DNA of 20,000 bases from an uncultured virus (IMG/VR IMGVR_UViG_3300037294_000661) (lineage: Duplodnaviria > Heunggongvirae > Uroviricota > Caudoviricetes), in the IMG/VR virus record IMGVR_UViG_3300037294_000661; one strand, 5' to 3'. Shown piece by piece: positions 1-6,405 of the stretch (positions within the stretch are counted from its first letter, which is position 1; each line of letters starts with the position of its first letter). The notes beneath the pieces were generated by a model. The model saw only the letters and a list, made by a program, of their open reading frames with translations, had not been told where the DNA came from and did no database searches. The position numbers and the translations under genes were made by a program.

Positions 1-216
1 CACGCGCTCGACCGGCGAGGTCGGCGACAGGCAGTCCATGATCGCTTTCAGGTACGGCGTGCGGCTGGTGCGCCAGCGTCCCGGCTCGGCGGATGCCTTG
101 GAAGACAGCATCCGGTGCCGATCCGACCACTCCGATACGGTCAGCAGCGGATCTGGCGTCAGTCCCTCGCGCCAAGCACGCTCGATCTCGGCGGCTCCTT
201 CGTAGTCCATTTCCAT
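1..216 (-). CDS. Phage terminase large subunit, GpA (lambda-like) family, 5' part only
   Basis: Not in the ORF track because it runs off the window edge. The ATG at 216-214 overlaps the upstream stop (TGATG). It translates as MEMDYEGAAEIERAWREGLTPDPLLTVSEWSDRHRMLSSKASAEPGRWRTSRTPYLKAIMDCLSP, the typical GpA N-terminus (P-x-x-TVSEWAD..., PGRWRT-x-RTPY). Confidence 0.92.
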   Translation of the reverse strand, partial: MEMDYEGAAEIERAWREGLTPDPLLTVSEWSDRHRMLSSKASAEPGRWRTSRTPYLKAIMDCLSPTSPVERV

Positions 217-743
217 CAATCCACCCTCGGACGCAGCTCGCCCAATTCCTGCAAGTGCTCGCGCACGGCAGCCTCCAGGGCCACGTGCATCGCGTGCGGA
301 TCGATGCCGAGCTTCGCTGCCATCTGTGCCGAGACGCGCGCTGGCCAGTTGAGCCACGCGTCGCGTTCCGACCGCGCCAGCTTGAAAACGTGGGCGATGG
401 CCTGCGGCCGATCCACCAGTTCGCCCTTAAGGCGGGCCAGACGCACCTTGTTCGTCTGCGCCTTGACGACCTCGTTGACGGTGCGGGCCTGAAGCAACGA
501 CGTGCCGCCCGAAGGCAGCGCGGCGGTCTGCTCCCCGGCGTTCTCTCGTACCGCGACGCTCTCTGCGCGCTGTTGCGTTCCCTTTTTTGGGGTGTCCGTG
601 TTGCGTGCCCACTCGCGGTCGGCACGGTCAGGATCAATGGTGCCGTCAGCCTCGGGCGTCACCCGACCGGCACGAATCGCCTTGTGCACGGCGGTGTCGG
701 TGACCCCACGGTGACGGGCGTAAGCGCGTATCGAAATTCCCAT
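216..743 (-). CDS. Probable terminase small subunit (Nu1-like)
   Basis: N-terminal HTH (MGISIRAYARHRGVTDTAVHKAI), a coiled region ending RLKGELVDR, and translational coupling to GpA. ATG at 743 is preferred over the track's TTG at 755. Confidence 0.75.
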   Translation of the reverse strand: MGISIRAYARHRGVTDTAVHKAIRAGRVTPEADGTIDPDRADREWARNTDTPKKGTQQRAESVAVRENAGEQTAALPSGGTSLLQARTVNEVVKAQTNKVRLARLKGELVDRPQAIAHVFKLARSERDAWLNWPARVSAQMAAKLGIDPHAMHVALEAAVREHLQELGELRPRVD

Positions 744-783
744 TGGCCTCTTCAATCATTTGTTCGTCATTCACGTGGATTCA

Positions 784-814
784 GCTTGGCTTCCATCTGG
801 AACAGCGCGTTCAT
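784..814 (+). promoter_or_regulatory. Repeated promoter/operator motif, copy 1
   Basis: GCTTGGCTT-ccatctg-GAACAGCGCGTTCAT; 34 nt before the ATG at 849. Confidence 0.7.
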
Positions 815-848
815 ACGTTCGTCATCCACTTTTTCAAAGGACACGGAA

Positions 849-1055
849 ATGAGCCAGATCGAAACCATCCTCACCCTGATCGCACAGAAGCACCTCGGCA
901 TGGAGACCCTGGAAACGCGCAAGTCGGACAGCCTCGACTTCCACGACACAGCGGTCTGGTGCATCCGCGACGCCCTCGAAGCCGCATTCAAAGCGGGTGC
1001 CGAATTCGGCGCATCGTTGCCAAAAGCCACGGAGTCAGAGATTGCCAACAGCTGA
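849..1055 (+). CDS. Small phage protein, DUF6900-like (68 aa)
   Basis: MSQIETILTLIAQKHLGMETLETRKSDSLDFHDTAVWCIRDALEAAF; ETLETR-x-SDSLDFHD is a recurrent motif of phage/ICE small proteins. AAAGGA/GGAA purine stretch upstream of the ATG. Confidence 0.75.
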   Translation: MSQIETILTLIAQKHLGMETLETRKSDSLDFHDTAVWCIRDALEAAFKAGAEFGASLPKATESEIANS

Positions 1056-1066
1056 TCGAAAGGCAT

Positions 1067-1115
1067 TGAAGCCAAGCACGAAATGCTTGGCTTCAGTCCC
1101 GAACAGCGCGTTCAT
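1067..1115 (+). promoter_or_regulatory. Repeated motif copy 2 (1085-1115), overlapping a 12-bp perfect inverted repeat
   Basis: GCTTGGCTT-cagtccc-GAACAGCGCGTTCAT, 34 nt before the ATG at 1150. Hairpin TGAAGCCAAGCA-cgaaa-TGCTTGGCTTCA at 1067-1095. Confidence 0.7.
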
Positions 1116-1149
1116 CACATCGCCATCAACCAATACGAAGGAGTACCAA

Positions 1150-1665
1150 ATGACCACCACCCAACTCACCGCCAGCCAGCACGCAGTCCTTGCCCACGCC
1201 ATTCATCACGGCGACGGAAAACTCGACTGGTTCCCGGACAACATCAAAGGCGGCGCACGGAAGAAAGTCCTCGACGGACTGTTCAACCGCGCCCTCATCA
1301 CCACCAACGGCAGCGACTGGTTCGTTGCCGCCGAGGGCTACGACGCCCTTGGTTGCGCACGTCCAGCGCCAGCGCCCTTGGCCTCAGACCCCGAGATCGA
1401 GGCCGCCGTGACGGCCGCAGAGGCCACGTGGGCGCAAGAGCGCACCGACACCAAACCCCGCACCCGCGAGAACAGTAAGCAGGCCACCGTGATCCAGATG
1501 CTGCGGCGTTCCGAGGGCGCAACGGTGCGTCAGATCTGCGAGACCACCGGCTGGCAAGCGCACACCGTGCGCGGCACTTTCGCCGGAGCCTTCAAGAAGA
1601 AACTTGGGCTCGCCATCCTCTCGGACAAGACCGACGGCGGCGAGCGGGTGTACCGGATCGCGTGA
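1150..1665 (+). CDS. DUF3489-domain protein (C-terminal winged-HTH-like)
   Basis: RBS GAAGGAG before the ATG at 1150. C-terminal SKQATVIQMLRRSEGATVRQICETTGWQAHTVRGTFAG...RVYRI is the DUF3489 signature. Confidence 0.85.
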   Translation: MTTTQLTASQHAVLAHAIHHGDGKLDWFPDNIKGGARKKVLDGLFNRALITTNGSDWFVAAEGYDALGCARPAPAPLASDPEIEAAVTAAEATWAQERTDTKPRTRENSKQATVIQMLRRSEGATVRQICETTGWQAHTVRGTFAGAFKKKLGLAILSDKTDGGERVYRIA

Positions 1666-1695
1666 TCCAGAAAGATTGAAAATGAGGCCATGATC

Positions 1696-1726
1696 GCTTG
1701 GCTTCTCAATCGAACAGCGCGTTACT
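1696..1726 (+). promoter_or_regulatory. Repeated motif copy 3
   Basis: GCTTGGCTT-ctcaatc-GAACAGCGCGTTACT; 36 nt before the ATG at 1763. Confidence 0.65.
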
Positions 1727-1762
1727 ACGGGTGTCGCAACGATCAACCCCAAGGAGCCAACG

Positions 1763-2131
1763 ATGAACACCACCAACCAAATCCCCGCCACCCAGAACCA
1801 AGACTGGGGCTTTTGGGGCTCGATGAACGAGAACGCCAGCGCAGCGTGGCCACTGGCGATGACCGCGATCTCGGACGCCACCTGCCAGCCACTCGAATCG
1901 GTCAGACTTTTCCTCGACAGCCGCCACGGACGTCACTTTGCGGATGGCGTCCGCAACCAACTGCACGCAGGCCAGGCACTGGACGACGCGATCCACGCGG
2001 CAACAACGCAGTGGATGACTTGGAAGATCAACCGCCATACCGCCAAGGACTATGGCATCCCACGCGGCTTGCCCTACCTAACGGGCTTTGTGATTCACTG
2101 CGAGATCACCGACGAATCGCTAGCTGCCTGA
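1763..2131 (+). CDS. Phage hypothetical protein (122 aa)
   Basis: RBS AAGGAG; protein-like motifs T-x-N-x-x-WGFWG-x-M and FLDSRHGRHFAD. Its 3' end overlaps the convergent methylase by 37 bp. Confidence 0.8.
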   Translation: MNTTNQIPATQNQDWGFWGSMNENASAAWPLAMTAISDATCQPLESVRLFLDSRHGRHFADGVRNQLHAGQALDDAIHAATTQWMTWKINRHTAKDYGIPRGLPYLTGFVIHCEITDESLAA

Positions 2132-3366
2132 GCATCGAATGCCACGCCATCCGACTCGCGGGTGGCTTGCTTGCCCGTCCAGTCCTGCCAGCGGCGCACG
2201 ATCACATCGACGTACTTGGGGTCGAGTTCGATCAAGCGCGCCAACCGTCCTGATTTCTCAGCGGCGATCAACGTCGTGCCGGAGCCCCCGAAGGGGTCAA
2301 GCACCACGTTGCCCGGGCGACTCGAATTGCGAATGGCTCGCTCCACCAGTTCCACCGGCTTCATTGTTGGGTGCAGATCGTTTTTGTGCGGCTTCTTGAT
2401 CTGCCAGACGTCGCTCTGGTCGCGATCCCCGCACCAATGGCGCGTCGCGCCTTCGGGCCATCCGTAGAGGATCGGCTCGTACTGTCGCTGGTAGTCGGAT
2501 CGGCCCAGAGTGAAAGTGTTCTTGGCCCAGATCACGAAGGTCGACCACTTGCCACCTGCCTCGCGGAAGGCTGACTGCAGCACATCCAGTTCACTGGAGG
2601 ACATCGCCACGTAGATACCACCCCGGCAGTTGGCGATGGTCGGCGTTAACGCCGCCAGCAGGAAATCGTAGAAGCCATCCCCGAGGTTGTCGTTCAGGAT
2701 CGCGCGGTTGGTGCCGCGCATCTTGTCTTTGGCCGTGTTGGCGTAGTTCACGTTGTACGGCGGGTCGGTGAACACCATGTCCACCTGTGCGCCCTGGAGT
2801 AGTTGCTCGAAGCACTCTGCTTTTGTCGAGTCGCCGCACAGCAGGCGGTGGCCACCCAGCACCCAGACATCGCCCGGACGGGAGATTGGCGTCTCGGTAA
2901 TCTCGGGCACGGCATCGTCGTCAGTCTCACCGTCACCGTTGCCATCCTCATCGGCCAGCAAATCTGCCAACGCATCCGCGTCGAAGCCGGTCAGCGACAC
3001 ATCGAAGTCGTCGTCCTGCAGCGTCACCAATTCGATGCGCAGCATCGCCTCGTCCCAGCCCGCGTTCTCGGCGATCCGGTTATCAGCTATCACCAGCGCA
3101 CGCCGCTGGGTGGGGCTCAGGTGTTCCAGCACCACGACCGGCACCAGTGTCAGTCCAAGCTTGTGGGCGGCGGCCAGTCGTCCGTGACCAGCGACGATCA
3201 CGCCATCGGCCCCGGCCAGAATCGGGTTGGTGAAACCAAATTCGGCAATCGAGGCAGCAATCTGCGCGACCTGTTCATCCGAGTGTGTCCGCGCATTGCG
3301 GGCGTAGGGCAGCAGTTTGGCGGTCGGCCACTGCTCGATTTTGTCGGCAAGCCAGGACGCGCTCAT
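2095..3366 (-). CDS. ParB-N-terminal-domain fused beta-class DNA amino-methyltransferase (DPPY, probably m6A)
   Basis: ParB-like N-terminus (PYARNARTH...IVAGHGRL), acidic linker, catalytic TDPPY, HPTMKP, SAM-binding LDPFGGSGTT. The ATG at 3366 overlaps the upstream stop (ATGA). Confidence 0.92.
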   Translation of the reverse strand: MSASWLADKIEQWPTAKLLPYARNARTHSDEQVAQIAASIAEFGFTNPILAGADGVIVAGHGRLAAAHKLGLTLVPVVVLEHLSPTQRRALVIADNRIAENAGWDEAMLRIELVTLQDDDFDVSLTGFDADALADLLADEDGNGDGETDDDAVPEITETPISRPGDVWVLGGHRLLCGDSTKAECFEQLLQGAQVDMVFTDPPYNVNYANTAKDKMRGTNRAILNDNLGDGFYDFLLAALTPTIANCRGGIYVAMSSSELDVLQSAFREAGGKWSTFVIWAKNTFTLGRSDYQRQYEPILYGWPEGATRHWCGDRDQSDVWQIKKPHKNDLHPTMKPVELVERAIRNSSRPGNVVLDPFGGSGTTLIAAEKSGRLARLIELDPKYVDVIVRRWQDWTGKQATRESDGVAFDAQAASDSSVISQ

Positions 3367-4778
3367 GGCGACACCGCCGCGCCTGCCAGTCGTTCGGCGG
3401 CCACGACCTCGAAGGTCTGGCCCGTGCTTTCTCCAACGCCCAGCAGCGTCACCGGCACATCCGGGAAATTCTGCCGGAAGCGCTTGATCGCAACGTCCAC
3501 GTATTCGGGAGCAATCTCGACCACGCGGCACCGGCGACCCGTGCGCTCGGCGGCCAGCATCGTCGTACCACTACCGCCGAACGGCTCGAACACAATGTCG
3601 CCGCTGTCCGAGTAGGCGTCGAGAATGAACTCCGGCAGCGCCACCGGGAATACGGCGGGGTGGTCGATGTCCTGACCAATCTTGCCTTTGTGCCGCATCA
3701 CCCGGATCACCGAGTCGGGAATCCGCTTGTCCTGCGTGGGCTGGCCTGCGTGCGTCCAGCCGCCAACCTCGCCATCCTTGCCGCGCATCGCTGTCGACGA
3801 GCCATCAGCGCGCAGATGCGAATCCTGTCCCGCGTGCTTGCAGGGCACGATCTTGTTGGGCTTGCGGTTTTGCCGGTTGAAGTGAAAAACGAATTCAAAG
3901 CTCGGGGCCAGCCGCCCCTGCCAGTCGCCGGGCATCCCCGGCCCTTGATCCCAGACGTACCACGCGAAGCGCCGCCAACCCTGTGTGCGCATCCAGCCGA
4001 GCCAGCCGTCCCAATACGGGATGAATTCGTTGTCGCGATGGATCAGTCCGAGGTTAACCAGCACCTGCGCGTCCTCGGCCATCGGCACGTTGCCGAACAC
4101 GCCGCGCATCAGGCCATCCCAATCGGTAATGCCACCGCTGGCGTAGTCACGCTGGTTGCCGTAGGGCGGCGAGGTGAAGCAGAGCTTGGCTTGCTCGCCC
4201 CGCATCAGACTGGCGATCACGGACGGGTCGGCGGCGTCGCCGCAAATCAGGCGGTGCTGACCCAGTACCCACACATCACCAGTGCGAGACACCGGAGTCG
4301 TCGGAGTGTCGGGTACGTCGTCGGCAGTATCTGGCTCGTCGGCGTCCTGCTCCTGGTCGCCATCACCATCACCGAGCTCATCGGCCAGCAGTGCTTCGAT
4401 CTCGGCATCCTCGAAACCGGTGAGTGCGAGGTCGAACCCGGCTTCTGACAACTCAGCCAACTCCAGCGCCAACATCGCGTCATCCCATCCGGCATCCAGC
4501 GCGAGGCGGTTGTCGGAGATCACGTAGGCACGCTTTTGCGTCGGCGACAGATGCGCCAGTTCAATCACCGGCACCTCGGACAGGCCCAGCTTGTGCGCGG
4601 CGGCGAGCCGACCGTGGCCTGCGATGATGCCGTTGTCGCCATCCACCAGCACCGGATTTGTCCAACCGTACTCGACGATGCTGGCGGCGATCTTGGCCAC
4701 CTGTTCGTCGTTGTGCGTTCTTGGATTCCGGGCGTAGGGGATCAGCGCCTCGACCTTGCGGTACTCGACGTTGAGCAT
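3363..4778 (-). CDS. ParB-N-terminal-domain fused beta-class DNA amino-methyltransferase (SPPY, probably m4C)
   Basis: ParB-like N-terminus (PYARNPRTH...IIAGHGRL), catalytic FTSPPY, HPAVFP, FEPFGGSGTT. Confidence 0.92.
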   Translation of the reverse strand: MLNVEYRKVEALIPYARNPRTHNDEQVAKIAASIVEYGWTNPVLVDGDNGIIAGHGRLAAAHKLGLSEVPVIELAHLSPTQKRAYVISDNRLALDAGWDDAMLALELAELSEAGFDLALTGFEDAEIEALLADELGDGDGDQEQDADEPDTADDVPDTPTTPVSRTGDVWVLGQHRLICGDAADPSVIASLMRGEQAKLCFTSPPYGNQRDYASGGITDWDGLMRGVFGNVPMAEDAQVLVNLGLIHRDNEFIPYWDGWLGWMRTQGWRRFAWYVWDQGPGMPGDWQGRLAPSFEFVFHFNRQNRKPNKIVPCKHAGQDSHLRADGSSTAMRGKDGEVGGWTHAGQPTQDKRIPDSVIRVMRHKGKIGQDIDHPAVFPVALPEFILDAYSDSGDIVFEPFGGSGTTMLAAERTGRRCRVVEIAPEYVDVAIKRFRQNFPDVPVTLLGVGESTGQTFEVVAAERLAGAAVSP

Positions 4779-4795
4779 ATTCAGTTCGTGTCTCT

Positions 4796-4845
4796 CAAAA
4801 AGAAGCGGCCCGGACGGGTAAGGAGGGAACCCCGTCGCGGGCCGC
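4796..4845 (-). terminator. Intrinsic-terminator-like hairpin just upstream of methyltransferase 1
   Basis: Minus strand GCGGCCCG-c-GACGGG...CCCGTC-CGGGCCGC followed by TTCTTTTT. Confidence 0.55.
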
Positions 4846-4869
4846 GAGCGTCGCTGCTGCGTTGAAATG

Positions 4870-4905
4870 AAAAAACCCGCCGACGTTCAGACCGTGGGCG
4901 GGTTT
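4870..4905 (-). terminator. Intrinsic-terminator-like hairpin
   Basis: Minus strand AAACCCGCC-cacggtctgaacgtc-GGCGGG followed by TTTTTT. Confidence 0.6.
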
Positions 4906-4932
4906 CGTAATGCGTGCTGGATGGTGGCGGGG

Positions 4933-5029
4933 TGCAAACTGCAAACCCTGCAAACCTCGGTTTGCAGTCGGACGCTAGCGCAATGCCGCGCTGTCGCCTC
5001 CCGCATACGATTTTGGGAAAGAAGGACCC
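4933..5029 (-). other. Putative lambda-like cos site (cosQ-like 5023-5029, cosN-like 4991-5002, cosB-like TGCAAAC repeats 4933-4967)
   Basis: Minus strand GGGTCCT (the lambda cosQ heptamer), then 20 nt, then GGGAGGCGACAGCGCGGCATTGCGCTA. This is 21/27 identical to the lambda left end GGGCGGCGACCTCGCGGGTTTTCGCTA (recalled from memory). Orientation matches the GpA terminase. Confidence 0.7.
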
Positions 5030-5083
5030 CTTTTGCCTTGGGTCACTTCCTATATCGTCACCGCTGTCCAGAAGATAGCCGAA

Positions 5084-5169
5084 ATACTACCCCCAAACCG
5101 CTCGTTTTGTTGCATGGCCAAACCGCGTCAAAAGGGACAAACAGGGCAAAGCGAGGACAAACGCGGCAA
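5084..5169 (-). promoter_or_regulatory. Putative activator-dependent late promoter with phased direct repeats
   Basis: GGACAAAC-NN-GGCAA occurs twice (5135-5149, 5155-5169; 20-bp period). Minus-strand -10-like TAGTAT at 5089-5084, with no consensus -35. Confidence 0.4.
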
Positions 5170-5172
5170 GCA

Positions 5173-5589
5173 TTACCCGACGTTGCTCACGATTTTGGAA
5201 GGCGAACACCTGCCTTCGGCGTTGAGATTGGTCGCAACGATCTCCAGCGCTTTCTGCCAGCGTCGCCACGCCGTGGTGCGGTCGCAGGCAAAGCGGATCG
5301 TGATGTCACGCCAGCCGTAACGCTTGGCCCGCATCCACACGAGGTGACGTTGCTCGACCTCAAGCCACTGCACCCAGCGCATCGTCTCCAGCATCCGTTC
5401 GATGTCGACGGGGCTGGGTGGGAACGGGCGGTAAACCTTTTCGTCAGCCGCGAACGACTCCCACTCCTTGCGAACAAATGCAGGCCAGCAGTTGAAGTAG
5501 CCCTGCACACGCACAGGGGGCAGGCGACGTCCGGTGGTGGCAGCGTCCTCAAAGCGTGCGGCCACGTCGTCGATAGTCCACTCAGCCAT
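5173..5589 (-). CDS. DUF6362-like protein with sigma-region-4-like C-terminal HTH; putative late-gene regulator
   Basis: MAEWTIDDVAARFEDAA...WLEVEQRHLVWMRA...WRDITIRFACDRTTAWRRWQKAL. It is the last early gene before cos, the position held by Q/RinA-type regulators. Confidence 0.7.
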   Translation of the reverse strand: MAEWTIDDVAARFEDAATTGRRLPPVRVQGYFNCWPAFVRKEWESFAADEKVYRPFPPSPVDIERMLETMRWVQWLEVEQRHLVWMRAKRYGWRDITIRFACDRTTAWRRWQKALEIVATNLNAEGRCSPSKIVSNVG

Positions 5590-5785
5590 GATGAGACCCT
5601 CCGTACAGGCGTTCACCAATGCGGCGCACGATCTCGCGCTCGATGAAGTCCAGTCGCTCGTCGGACTCGTTGATCACCAGGATGTGCTGGTCACGCCAGC
5701 CGTTGCGTTTCATCGCATCCAGATCCGTGGTGTTGGGCTGCAGCCGACCCAAGGGGCAGCGGTATTGAGGTGTTGGAACCTTCAT
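5582..5785 (-). CDS. Small phage hypothetical protein (67 aa)
   Basis: MKVPTPQYRCPLGRLQP...IGERLYG; RBS GGAGGTG at the end of the upstream gene; coupled with its neighbours. Confidence 0.7.
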   Translation of the reverse strand: MKVPTPQYRCPLGRLQPNTTDLDAMKRNGWRDQHILVINESDERLDFIEREIVRRIGERLYGGSHHG

Positions 5786-5786
5786 C

Positions 5787-6263
5787 TCACACCTCCTGCG
5801 TTTCGATGGCCCAGTGCAGCAGTGCCAGGGCATCGGCTTCGTTGTCGTCGCACGGTGTGTGCCCACGCAACTGGACGGAGGCGATCATCTCGTCCTTGCC
5901 TGCATTGCCTTTGCCGGTGGCGTGCTTCTTGATCGTGCCGACCGGCACGCCTTGGTAGGGGATGTTGTGATGTTCACACCAAGCGGTCAGATGGCCCATG
6001 AAACCGCCATAGGCGTGGGCAGCATCGACGCCCGCGTGTCGTCGAACCTCCTCGAAATAGACCGCGTTGATGTGGCCGCTGGTGGTCAGCAGTTCGGCCA
6101 GCCAGCGCTTGAATCGCAGGAAGCGCATTCCGCCGCCTTCAAAGCGCTGCGGCTTGAAATGCTCGGTGCCACTGGTGATCGTGCTGTCCAGTTGGTGCAG
6201 TGCCCAGCCGGTGTGCGAACCCAGATCAAGGGCAAGAATGGTGCTGTTGGTTGTCGTGTTCAT
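5787..6263 (-). CDS. Phage RuvC-like Holliday junction resolvase
   Basis: ILALDLG-x-x-TGWA, VYFEEV, KKHATGKGNAGK and DDNEADALAL match the RNase H/RuvC catalytic pattern. RBS CAGGAG is at a suitable distance from the ATG at 6263. Confidence 0.8.
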   Translation of the reverse strand: MNTTTNSTILALDLGSHTGWALHQLDSTITSGTEHFKPQRFEGGGMRFLRFKRWLAELLTTSGHINAVYFEEVRRHAGVDAAHAYGGFMGHLTAWCEHHNIPYQGVPVGTIKKHATGKGNAGKDEMIASVQLRGHTPCDDNEADALALLHWAIETQEV

Positions 6264-6288
6264 CGTCATTGCTCCTGAAGTTTTGGGG

Positions 6289-6392
6289 CGAGTGACGGAT
6301 GTGACGGGTTTGCCGGATATTTCTCTTTGCCTGCGTACGTGCGCGCACACGTGTAGAGAGTTATACGGAGAATCCGTCGCATCCGTCACTCG
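6289..6392. repeat. 104-bp imperfect palindrome with GTGACGG-type iterons; putative replication origin
   Basis: 31-bp arms (6289-6319 and 6362-6392) match at 26/31 and flank a 24-nt alternating purine-pyrimidine core (6332-6355). Directly downstream of the primase-helicase. Confidence 0.65.
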
Positions 6393-6405
6393 ACAGTTTT
6401 GCTGG

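Noticed and set aside
786..813. The motif as a sigma54 promoter or a LexA box
   Set aside because: GG-N10 is followed by GA, not GC. The dyad is GAAC-N5-GTTC, not the Gram-positive N4 box or the proteobacterial CTGT-N8-ACAG box.
93..848. N-terminal extension of the 320-aa ORF 93-1055
   Set aside because: It overlaps terS/terL on the opposite strand. The likely start is the ATG at 849, downstream of the motif.
784..1726. The repeated 31-bp motif as a CRISPR array or integron attC sites
   Set aside because: Copies are separated by whole genes at irregular distances, have a variable internal spacer, and lack attC R'/R'' box structure. There is no tyrosine integron integrase.
2095..4778. A complete restriction-modification system or parABS partition system
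   Set aside because: No adjacent restriction endonuclease or ParA. The ParB-like domains are fused to orphan phage methyltransferases.
4867..5646. 259-aa plus-strand ORF across the cos region
   Set aside because: It spans regulatory repeats and is antisense to the DUF6362-like gene; no recognisable protein features.
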